A DNA stretch of 64,000 bases, from assembly GCA_029098225.1 (NCBI GenBank), contig JAQXNX010000032.1, positions 256,005 through 320,004 of the forward strand, in the 5' to 3' direction. Shown here one piece after another: positions 50,697-59,108 of the stretch; position 1 is the stretch's first letter; the number at the start of each line of letters is the position of its first letter. This stretch comes from Spirochaetales bacterium (GTDB taxonomy: Bacteria > Spirochaetota > Spirochaetia > Treponematales > Treponemataceae). The notes beneath the pieces were generated by a model that was given only the letters and a program-made list of their open reading frames with translations, was not told the DNA's origin and ran no database searches. A program made the position numbers and the translations under genes.

Positions 50697-50866
50697 ACTT
50701 CTCCTTAAACACCGCGTTAGCGGTGCTGCATGTATGTAATTTCTTTTAATGTTCCTGATGTAAATATATAAAACATTGCCAATTAAATCAAATGTTATTA
50801 TATTAAAAATGTAAAGCCTGCTGCACAGAAGAATGTATCCAGTAATTTAATGAGAATTATTAGTAT

Positions 50867-51364
50867 GTGCGGTTATATGATTGCTGCCTTGACTCGTCGT
50901 ATTTGCACCACAAAGAAACTGATAAAAAGATAAAAGAACTCTTTTCCTTTATGAACAAATACAACGTAAAGGAAACACAAGGAATCTTCTTCCAGGGCCA
51001 GATATTCGACGCCTACGCCAAGTTTGAAAGTTTTCTGGCTGCGGCAAAGAAAGAAATCATTCTCATAGATAATTACGTCGATTTATCAATCTTACAGCGA
51101 CTCGCAAAAAAGAAAAAAGGCGTTAATGTGACAATCTACACCGACCCCAGAACAAAACTAACCGCCCAGGATGTCCAGACTTTCAATGCTCAATACCCCA
51201 CACTTACCGTGAATCATACAACAAAAACTCACGACAGATTTTTGATTATCGATAATTCGACGATTTACCACATTGGAGCAAGCCTCAAAGATTTGGGAAA
51301 GAAGTGCTTTGGATTTAGTATACTTGATTCAAGTTTTTTTCCGATGATTTTGAATAATATGTAG
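50867..51364 (+). pseudogene. 5'-truncated ORF6N-type gene retaining its C-terminal PLD-like domain
   Basis: GIFFQGQIFDAY...IILIDNYVD...HDRFLIID...YHIGASLKDLGKK matches the C-terminal half of ORF6N-family proteins; no N-terminal DNA-binding domain and no SD at the ORF start. Confidence 0.65.
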
Positions 51365-51405
51365 AAATTTATTATATAGGTAATAATAATGCTTGTAATT
51401 GTAAT

Positions 51406-51443
51406 AAAAAAACGCCAGTTCCAACCAAAGTCAGAACTGGCGT
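51406..51443 (-). terminator. intrinsic terminator downstream of carB
   Basis: ACGCCAGTTC/GAACTGGCGT stem with T7 on the minus strand. Confidence 0.75.
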
Positions 51444-51455
51444 CCTATATGATTT

Positions 51456-51559
51456 AAACCGCATGCCCAGGGCATGTCGGTTTTGAAATTAGTTTGACAC
51501 GCACGGCAGTAGCCGTGTCGTGTTCATGACGTCTTTGCCGGTTTTAGTCCGGCAAAGAC
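51456..51559. repeat. three tandem GC-rich hairpins directly after the carB stop
   Basis: AAACCG-CATGCC/GGCATG-CGGTTT; ACACG-CACGGC/GCCGTG-CGTGT; GTCTTTGCCGG/CCGGCAAAGAC. Confidence 0.75.
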
Positions 51560-54500
51560 TTATTTGATTAATGAATGATACTCCTGCAATGACTTAACTC
51601 CGCCCTCGCCACCATTGCCGTTTTTAACTGCAGCAATTCCTTTTACGGCTGCTAAAGCTCCGGCAAGAGTAGTAATGTATGGAACCTTGTATTTAAGACA
51701 AGCCTTGCGGATTGTCTTACGGTCTTCTGCGTAGTTGCGTTTTGCTTTTGGTGTATTGATTACAAGACAAACATCTTTGTTCATAATCATGTCTACAACG
51801 TCCGGACGACCGGCACCAATCTTATTTACAACTTCACATTTAATGCCATTTGAGTTGTAGAAATCTGCAGTTCCCTGAGTTCCTACCAGAGTAAAGCCAA
51901 GATCTTTCAAAGTCTTTCCGATTGTGATTACCTGGTCTTTTAAATTTTCCTTGTTGCTCAAAGAAATCAAAACCTTTTTGTTTTCCCAGGCAGCAGGAGC
52001 GTGTGGAAGTTCATCTCCGGCAGCTTCCTGAGCTTTGTAATATGCAAGAGGGAAATCTTCAGCAAGCCCAAGAACTTCACCAGTTGAACGCATTTCTGGC
52101 CCAAGAATCGGATCAACTCCAGGGAAGCGGGCCCATGGAAGAACTGCTTCTTTTGCTCCATAGTATGGAATCTTTTTGTCTTTGAGACCGAGTGATTTTA
52201 ATGATTCACCAAGCATCATGCGTGTTGCAAGACGTGCCATCTGTGTATCACAGACCTTTGATACAAGCGGAACAGTACGAGATGCACGTGGGTTTGCTTC
52301 AATTACATAAACCTTTCCGTCTTCAATAGCATACTGCATGTTCATCAAACCGCAGACATGAAGTGCTTCTGCAATTTTCTTTGTATATTCTTTAATTGTT
52401 TCCTGACAGTTCTGTGGAATAGATACAGGTGGAATTACACACGCAGAGTCACCTGAGTGGATTCCGGCAAGCTCAACGTGTTCCATGATTGCAGGAATAT
52501 AAACGTGCTCGCTGTCTGCAAGAGCATCAGATTCACATTCAAGCGCATTCTTTAAGAAGCGGTCAATCAAAAGCGGGCGATCCGGTGTAACACCTACAGC
52601 CTTATCTACATATTCGCGTAAAGTTTTTTCATCATAGATTACTTCCATTCCGCGTCCGCCAAGAACGAAAGAAGGACGAATCATAATAGGATATCCAATC
52701 TTATCTGCAATTGCCTTTGCTTCATCAAAGTCTACAGCCATTCCGCTTTCAGGCATAGGGATTTCAAGCTTTTCCATCATGTGGCGGAAGAGGTCGCGGT
52801 CTTCTGCAATGTCGATTGAATCGATTGAAGTACCAAGAATGTTTACGCCGTTTTCCTGAAGCTCGCGAGCAATGTTCAATGGAGTCTGTCCGCCAAACTG
52901 AACGATAACTCCAAACGGCTTTTCTTTTTCGTAAATCTGAAGAACGTCTTCTGTAGTAACAGGTTCAAAGTAAAGTTTGTCTGAAGTATCGTAGTCAGTA
53001 GATACAGTTTCAGGGTTACAGTTTACGATGATTGTTTCGTAGCCCATTTCCTTAAGCTGCATTGCCGCATGACAGCAGCAGTAGTCAAACTCAATACCCT
53101 GACCAATTCTGTTAGGGCCACCGCCCAAAATCATAATTTTCTTCTTGTTGTCTGTTGCAACAGAGGTATCTTTTTCTGCGTTGTATGTTGAGTAATAGTA
53201 GCATGCATTTTCTACGCCGGAAACCGGAACACGAAGCCATGCTTCCTTAATTCCAAGCTCGTTACGGCGGGTACGGATATCTTTTTCTGAAACCTTAAGA
53301 ATCTTAGAAAGATATTTATCGCTGAAGCCGTCTTTCTTTGCCTTGATAAGTAAATCATCAGCAGGAACACGTCCAGGATTTTTAAGCATTTCTTCTTCAA
53401 GGTCAACAAGCTCTTTCATCTGCTGGAGGAAGAATTCTTTTACATAAGTAATTTCCGAAAGCTTAGAAAGCGGAACACCCTTACGGATTGCTTCGTAAAG
53501 CTGGAAATAGCGTTCGCTAGACTGCACTTTAAGCATTTCGCAAAGTTCATCAGCTGATTTTTTATTAAAGTCCTTTGCAAAACCAAGACCAGAGCGTCCG
53601 TTTTCAAGACCACGGATTGCCTTCTGGAAAGTTTCTTTAAAAGTCTTACCGATGGCCATAACTTCACCAACGGCTTTCATAGAAGTTCCAAGTTCATCCT
53701 TTGCACCGCGGAATTTTTCGAATGCCCAGCGTGCAAATTTTAATACAACATAGTCTCCGTCCGGAGCACCGCCGAGTGTATATTTATCAAGAGTTCCGTC
53801 ACGCCAGTAAGGAATTTCGTCGAGAGTAAGGCCTGATGCAAGCTTTGCAGAAATGAGCGCAATCGGGAAACCTGTTGCCTTAGAAGCAAGAGCAGAAGAG
53901 CGCGAAGTACGAGGGTTAATTTCGATGATTACGACACGGCCAGTCTTAGGATTATGTGCAAACTGAACGTTAGTTCCACCGATTACACCAATGCTTTCTA
54001 CAATCTTAAATGCCATCTGCTTAAGGCGTTTATCAAGCTCCTTATCGATAGTCATAAAAGGAGCGGCACAGAAAGAGTCACCTGTGTGAACACCAACCGC
54101 ATCAATATTTTCAATAGAACAGATTGCAACCATCTGATTTTTAGAATCGCGGACAACTTCGTATTCAAGCTCTTCCCATCCAAGAATACTCTCTTCTATT
54201 AAACACTGATGAGTAAGGGAAAGATCAAGACCGTTAGAAACAATTGTTCGAAGCTCTTCTACGTTGTAGCAGAAACCACCGCCAGCCCCTCCCATAGTAT
54301 AAGCAGGGCGTACAACAATAGGATAACCTATTTCTTCTGCAATCTTTTCTGCACCTTCAACAGTGTGACAGATATCAGAACGTGGTGTATCAATTCCAAG
54401 ATTCTTCATAGTCTCTTTAAAGATTTCGCGGTCTTCACCACGTTCAATGGCATCAAGATTTACACCGATAACCTGAACACCATATTTATCAAGAACGCCG

Positions 54501-54811
54501 GTCTTGTTTAATTCCATAGCCATATTAAGACCAGTCTGTCCACCAAGGTTTGGAAGAAGTGCATCCGGGCGTTCCTTTTCGATAATCTGACTCAAACGCT
54601 CAACATTAAGCGGTTCAATATAAGTAGCATCTGCCATAACCGGATCAGTCATAATAGTTGCCGGATTTGAGTTTACAAGAACAATCTTATATCCAAGCTC
54701 GCGCAAAGCCTTACAAGCCTGAGTTCCTGAATAGTCAAACTCACAGGCCTGACCAATAACAATCGGTCCCGAACCGATAATCAAAACCTTCTTAATGTCT
54801 TCTCGTTTCAT
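51560..54811 (-). CDS. carB: carbamoyl-phosphate synthase large subunit
   Basis: IGSGPIVIGQACEFDYSG, EINPRTSRSS, GGGPNRIGQGIEFDY, IEANPRASRTVP, MGS-like C-terminus; GGAG SD. Confidence 0.98.
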   Translation of the reverse strand: MKREDIKKVLIIGSGPIVIGQACEFDYSGTQACKALRELGYKIVLVNSNPATIMTDPVMADATYIEPLNVERLSQIIEKERPDALLPNLGGQTGLNMAMELNKTGVLDKYGVQVIGVNLDAIERGEDREIFKETMKNLGIDTPRSDICHTVEGAEKIAEEIGYPIVVRPAYTMGGAGGGFCYNVEELRTIVSNGLDLSLTHQCLIEESILGWEELEYEVVRDSKNQMVAICSIENIDAVGVHTGDSFCAAPFMTIDKELDKRLKQMAFKIVESIGVIGGTNVQFAHNPKTGRVVIIEINPRTSRSSALASKATGFPIALISAKLASGLTLDEIPYWRDGTLDKYTLGGAPDGDYVVLKFARWAFEKFRGAKDELGTSMKAVGEVMAIGKTFKETFQKAIRGLENGRSGLGFAKDFNKKSADELCEMLKVQSSERYFQLYEAIRKGVPLSKLSEITYVKEFFLQQMKELVDLEEEMLKNPGRVPADDLLIKAKKDGFSDKYLSKILKVSEKDIRTRRNELGIKEAWLRVPVSGVENACYYYSTYNAEKDTSVATDNKKKIMILGGGPNRIGQGIEFDYCCCHAAMQLKEMGYETIIVNCNPETVSTDYDTSDKLYFEPVTTEDVLQIYEKEKPFGVIVQFGGQTPLNIARELQENGVNILGTSIDSIDIAEDRDLFRHMMEKLEIPMPESGMAVDFDEAKAIADKIGYPIMIRPSFVLGGRGMEVIYDEKTLREYVDKAVGVTPDRPLLIDRFLKNALECESDALADSEHVYIPAIMEHVELAGIHSGDSACVIPPVSIPQNCQETIKEYTKKIAEALHVCGLMNMQYAIEDGKVYVIEANPRASRTVPLVSKVCDTQMARLATRMMLGESLKSLGLKDKKIPYYGAKEAVLPWARFPGVDPILGPEMRSTGEVLGLAEDFPLAYYKAQEAAGDELPHAPAAWENKKVLISLSNKENLKDQVITIGKTLKDLGFTLVGTQGTADFYNSNGIKCEVVNKIGAGRPDVVDMIMNKDVCLVINTPKAKRNYAEDRKTIRKACLKYKVPYITTLAGALAAVKGIAAVKNGNGGEGGVKSLQEYHSLIK

Positions 54812-54845
54812 AATCTATTTACTCCTATAAAATGCAAATTCCTAT

Positions 54846-54952
54846 GGCTTGACCCGCGCGCGAAGCAAGTCGGGTCGAAGCTGATTTACAAGGCGCGAAG
54901 CGTCCTTGTATGCTTTAGCTAAACGGTGGCAGGCTTGACCTGACATCCGTTT
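54846..54952. repeat. three-hairpin GC-rich element in the carB upstream region
   Basis: GACCCG/CGGGTC, TACAAGG/CCTTGTA, AAACGG/CCGTTT; GCGCGAAGC at 54858 and 54893; GGCTTGACC at 54846 and 54932. Confidence 0.75.
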
Positions 54953-54958
54953 TGAGCG

Positions 54959-54989
54959 AAAAAAAAAGCGGAATTCAAAAGAATTCCGC
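54959..54989 (-). terminator. strong intrinsic terminator upstream of carB (attenuator or end of the phosphatase transcript)
   Basis: GCGGAATTC-4 nt-GAATTCCGC followed by T9 on the minus strand. Confidence 0.8.
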
Positions 54990-54991
54990 CG

Positions 54992-55048
54992 TTAAAATCC
55001 ATAAATAAAAATAGTATGAATAACCATAAAAACCTTGAGAATCGTCAT
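54992..55048 (-). other. candidate 18-codon leader ORF MTILKVFMVIHTIFIYGF
   Basis: Hand translated; stop ends 2 nt before the terminator stem; no clear SD. Confidence 0.3.
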
Positions 55049-55121
55049 GTTTTTAATCTGTTCAGCTTTCATACTGAAACCGAACTATATCATAAATATA
55101 GATTTTATGCTAGTACTGCCA

Positions 55122-55577
55122 TTATTCTTTTAAGCAGTATTTTAAAAATGCAGTACAACCTTCTACAATGTCATCATATGTCTGATCAAAATTTCCGGTA
55201 TACCAGGGATCTGCAATGTCTCGGGTTTTGCCGGCAAAAGCTAATAACCTTACAATTTTTCGTTCTGAATCTGGAGCCCAGCATCGGTTCATGTAATAAA
55301 CATTCTCATCGTCCATTGCAACAAGAAAATCATATTTATCATAATCATCTGCACGAATTTGCCGGGCTGCACGTCGGCTGAATGGAATTCCCATCTCGCG
55401 AAGCTTCTGACGGGTTCCGTAATGCATATCGTTTCCCAGTTCTTCACGACTTGTAGCAGCAGACTCAATTAAAAAATCATTTTCCCTGCCTGCCCTGCGA
55501 ACCATATCCTTCATAACAAATTCTGCCATTGGAGAACGGCAGATATTTCCGTGGCACACAAATAAGATTCTTGTCAT
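55122..55577 (-). CDS. low-molecular-weight protein-tyrosine phosphatase
   Basis: FVCHGNICRSP, DPWY. Confidence 0.95.
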   Translation of the reverse strand: MTRILFVCHGNICRSPMAEFVMKDMVRRAGRENDFLIESAATSREELGNDMHYGTRQKLREMGIPFSRRAARQIRADDYDKYDFLVAMDDENVYYMNRCWAPDSERKIVRLLAFAGKTRDIADPWYTGNFDQTYDDIVEGCTAFLKYCLKE

Positions 55578-55683
55578 AATTAATTATGGAAAATTTACCC
55601 GCTTTTTGCAAGCCGCAAAATTTTCACTCCGCCGGAGAATTTTTTATCCAGTCTGCTATTATTTTTCAGCTGGGGAAATTTAT

Positions 55684-56802
55684 TTAGCCGGCAAAAGTTT
55701 CTGTAACAGTCTTCAATAAATCAATAATCTTCAGTTTCTGCGGACAGTGCCCTTCGCAGTTACCGCAGCCAACACATTCAGCAGGATTTCCAGATTTCTT
55801 AAGCTCTTCATTATAATGCCACTTGTAAGGACCAACACCATAACGTTTTGTTTCATTTAAAAGTTCAAACATTCGCGGAATATTTATATTCTGCGGGCAT
55901 CCACCGTTTGTTTCATCAACACAATAACGGCAGGCTGTACAAGGAATTGCAATTGTAGATTTTATAAGCTCAGTAGCTTTTTGTACACAAGCCTGTTCGT
56001 CTTTATTAAGCGGAACAAAATCCTTCATATAAGACATATTGTCACGAAGCTGTTCCATATTGCTCATCCCGCTCAAGACAACAAGAATGTTATCCATACT
56101 TGCACAATAGCGGACAGCCCAGCTTGCAACACTTGCATTCGGGTTATAATCTGTAAATACTTTTTTAGCATCATCCATAATGTTTGCAAGACTTCCGCCC
56201 TTTACCGGCTCCATAACGGAAACTGGAATTCCATAACGCTTACAAATTTCGTAACACTTGCGGCTCTGAACATTATCGCTTTCCCAGTCAATATAATTAA
56301 TCTGCAGCTGAACAAGCTCAACTTCAGGATGTTTGCTGAGCATCATCTCAAGAGCATCTGCGCTGTCATGAAATGAAAATCCCGGATGCTTGATTTTTCC
56401 TTCAGCCTTCATTTTCTGCATCCATTCAAAAGCACCAAGCCTTTCTGCATTTGCAAAAACTTCACGATTCAACGCATGCAGAAAATAATAATCAAAATAT
56501 TCAACGCCACATTTTCTTAGCTGCTCATCAAAAGTTTTTTGAAGTTCAGAAGGATCCTTCATATTCCATAGAGGCATTTTTGTTGTAACCTGAAACTTTT
56601 CCCGTGGATAACGCTTTGCAACAAGTTCTCCAAATACACGCTCAGAAAATCCTCCATGATAAACCCACGCAGTATCAAAATATGTAAAGCCTTCAGACAT
56701 ATAAGCATCAATCATCTCTCGTGTCTTTTCTAAATCAATATTTCCCCAGGTTTTATCTTCCGTATAGGGAAGTCTCATAAGTCCAAATCCAAGTTTTTTC
56801 AC
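55684..56802 (-). CDS. aldo/keto reductase with C-terminal 4Fe-4S dicluster
   Basis: LGFGLMRLP, YFDTAWVYH, MEPVKGG, CTACRYC, CVGCGNCEGHCP; GTG start at 56802 after AAGGA. Confidence 0.93.
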   Translation of the reverse strand: MKKLGFGLMRLPYTEDKTWGNIDLEKTREMIDAYMSEGFTYFDTAWVYHGGFSERVFGELVAKRYPREKFQVTTKMPLWNMKDPSELQKTFDEQLRKCGVEYFDYYFLHALNREVFANAERLGAFEWMQKMKAEGKIKHPGFSFHDSADALEMMLSKHPEVELVQLQINYIDWESDNVQSRKCYEICKRYGIPVSVMEPVKGGSLANIMDDAKKVFTDYNPNASVASWAVRYCASMDNILVVLSGMSNMEQLRDNMSYMKDFVPLNKDEQACVQKATELIKSTIAIPCTACRYCVDETNGGCPQNINIPRMFELLNETKRYGVGPYKWHYNEELKKSGNPAECVGCGNCEGHCPQKLKIIDLLKTVTETFAG

Positions 56803-56815
56803 AATATATTCCTTG

Positions 56816-56878
56816 AGGGGAAAGCCTTCCCCTACGTCCGCACTTCGTTGCGGCCTACCCCTTCGCCTAGGGGGACGC
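56816..56878. repeat. three short GC-rich hairpins upstream of the aldo/keto reductase
   Basis: AGGGGAA/TTCCCCT, CCGCA/TGCGG, CCCCT/AGGGG; TCCGCACTTCG identical to 9361-9371. Confidence 0.7.
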
Positions 56879-56932
56879 AACAATTTGCTTACCCCCTAAA
56901 ACCCCCATTATATTATAACCCCAAAAAGCCTT

Positions 56933-57877
56933 TTACAACATTCTTGTCGCTTTTTTATATTCTTCAAAGCCAGGCTTGCGCGACTGTCTTTTATCTGCCA
57001 TAGGAATACTGATAAAAAGGAACATCAGAGTATTTACAAGAGCACCGGCTAAAAGGTAAAATCGCTGCCAGCCAAGAGCACTTACACTTGCAAGACCAAT
57101 TCCCCACCACATAAGAATTTCGCAGGCATAGTTTGGATGGCGCGAATGCTTCCATAATCCGGTTCGAATAAAACCGCCGCTTCCAGACTTTCTGAATCTG
57201 TGCATCTGAATATCGGCAATTCCCTGTAATATTGCAGCGGCAAAGCTAAGAGCTATAAAGACAGCACACCAAGGCTTAAAATCTGCTCCCTCCACAAACA
57301 AAGTAACCGCAGGCAGCACGCAAAGATAAACTACACAAGTTGGAAAAAGGTGAATGCCAAAAAAGTTTACCAGCGGATAAAGTTTACCGGATTTTTCCTT
57401 CAGCATTACATAGCGCCAGTCCTGATACTCAAAGCTCTTAAAATTATAAATCCAGTTGGCGGTAAGGCGCAGGGCCCAGAAAAGAACTGCAGACAGTAAT
57501 AAAATACCAAAAGGCTCAAGTCCAAAACCAGATACTTCTTTTGTTCCAAAAGTTTCTGCAAACCAGGAAGCAAAAAGTTTTAAGACAGTATTGATTTTAT
57601 AAATAGTAAAAAAGAGGATAACCGCTGGCTGCACACTCCAGTAAGGGTCGTACACAGAAGCATTATTAAATATCAGACTGAAAATAAAAACCAGAACTGT
57701 TGCAGCTACATCAGCAAGAAAAAAAGAAAGCTGCCAGGAAAGATTTAAGCCCACCCCGGCTGGCATTCCAAAACCACCGGAAGAAGAAAAATAATCAAAA
57801 GAAAAAAAGCCAAAGGCGGCAGCAAAAACATAAATCAATAAAATTACAATAAGTGCTGCTGCACGATTTTTAATCAT
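56933..57877 (-). CDS. DUF1295 (steroid 5-alpha-reductase-like) membrane protein
   Basis: SVYDPYWS, WALRL, DWRY, ADIQMHRF, GLWKHSRHPNY; CGGAG SD before ATG 57877. Confidence 0.88.
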   Translation of the reverse strand: MIKNRAAALIVILLIYVFAAAFGFFSFDYFSSSGGFGMPAGVGLNLSWQLSFFLADVAATVLVFIFSLIFNNASVYDPYWSVQPAVILFFTIYKINTVLKLFASWFAETFGTKEVSGFGLEPFGILLLSAVLFWALRLTANWIYNFKSFEYQDWRYVMLKEKSGKLYPLVNFFGIHLFPTCVVYLCVLPAVTLFVEGADFKPWCAVFIALSFAAAILQGIADIQMHRFRKSGSGGFIRTGLWKHSRHPNYACEILMWWGIGLASVSALGWQRFYLLAGALVNTLMFLFISIPMADKRQSRKPGFEEYKKATRML

Positions 57878-57932
57878 AATTTTTCTCCGTCTAATCTGTT
57901 TAAAAGCCGGTTCCAGCATTAGAAAGACAGAT

Positions 57933-58955
57933 TTATTCTACCCGCTTCCATTCGCCAAAATCTCCGACTGTTAAGACATTATCATCCAAAGTATAGGGAA
58001 TAGTCAATATTTCTTTTGTTGTATAAATCTGCAAGTTTATATATGACGGATCTGCACACCACCACCACTGCTCCCAGGCGCCGTCTTCAAAATCCAGTCT
58101 ATAGTATTTATCCGTATTAAGTGTAAGAGTTGCCTTAAGCCCGTTGTAAGAACCTTCCCATTTTCCTACCAGTTTCTTTTCAGAATCAAAAAGATAAATA
58201 CCTCGGATTTCATCTCTTGTATTTGCAATCAGATATTCATCAATAATAAGATCATTCTCTTTTATGATTCTTGAAATTTCCTGTTGAAAAACTGCTTCTG
58301 CATCGTCATTAACAGAAATTGTGATATATTGATACGATTCCTGAACTCTATTGTTTTCTGGATTTCTCTGATTTAAAATTATCCATCGGCGACCTTCATC
58401 TAATTTCTTTTCTCTTTCTATGTAAGTATATGAACCGGTTGAAATATGTCCCATATGATAATCATCCCAGCCCGGACGATACATCCATGTATCAAAATCT
58501 TCTTTTACGATAATTTTTGAAACACCATTACCATACCCAAGTTCTGCACTACCGCTAGAATAATTATAAGTTCCTTTATATTCTACGCCCCACTGGAAAC
58601 TGCATCTGCCTTCAGTTCCTTTTTTTACAGAATATGTATAAATGCCGGAAGTTTCAGGAGGCACAGAAATTTCCTGCCATACAGCAGGCTGTGCATAGCC
58701 TTCAGAATCAAGTCTGTTAGTGTCAAATCTGATTACATAAAACGGCACCTGCTCTTTAGATTCATTTGTGATGTCAAAAACAAAAGTATATTTACCACCA
58801 TGCACGCCAACAGAAGGAATATCTTCTGCATCTCTTTCATAAAATTGCACGGCAGCGGGATTGCCTTTTCCAGTTTCAACAACAGGTTTAGTAGCACAGG
58901 AAATAAGCACCAAAGCAATAGCAAAGATTGATAAAACACGAATATATTTTTTCAT
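57933..58955 (-). CDS. hypothetical lipoprotein
   Basis: MKKYIRVLSIFAIALVLIS-C lipobox; start re-called to ATG 58955. Confidence 0.75.
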   Translation of the reverse strand: MKKYIRVLSIFAIALVLISCATKPVVETGKGNPAAVQFYERDAEDIPSVGVHGGKYTFVFDITNESKEQVPFYVIRFDTNRLDSEGYAQPAVWQEISVPPETSGIYTYSVKKGTEGRCSFQWGVEYKGTYNYSSGSAELGYGNGVSKIIVKEDFDTWMYRPGWDDYHMGHISTGSYTYIEREKKLDEGRRWIILNQRNPENNRVQESYQYITISVNDDAEAVFQQEISRIIKENDLIIDEYLIANTRDEIRGIYLFDSEKKLVGKWEGSYNGLKATLTLNTDKYYRLDFEDGAWEQWWWCADPSYINLQIYTTKEILTIPYTLDDNVLTVGDFGEWKRVE

Positions 58956-59019
58956 TGAAAACCTCTGTTCAATGATTGTATGGCCAGATAGGCTTGAAAA
59001 CAAGTGAGTTCTACTCACT

Positions 59020-59101
59020 AAAAAAATAACCCCGACAGTTTGAAACCACCGGGGAACAAAAGATAAATCATTGCAAGCGCAGCATTCGGCTCGCAACGAC
59101 G
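59020..59101 (-). terminator. REP-like hairpin plus terminator-like stem after gltX
   Basis: Minus strand GTCGTTGCGAGC...GCTTGCAAT then CCCCG...CGGGG followed by TTATTTTTTT. Confidence 0.5.
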
Positions 59102-59108
59102 TAATTAA

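Noticed and set aside
50707-50730. attC site / integron cassette array
   Set aside because: Only a short hairpin; no RYYYAAC...GTTRRRY pair with L boxes, no repeated spacing, no integrase.
51378-51412. Ile/Val- or Tyr-rich triplet run resembling an attenuator leader
   Set aside because: Lies on the U-tract side of the carB terminator with no downstream gene in the right orientation; most likely AT-rich spacer.
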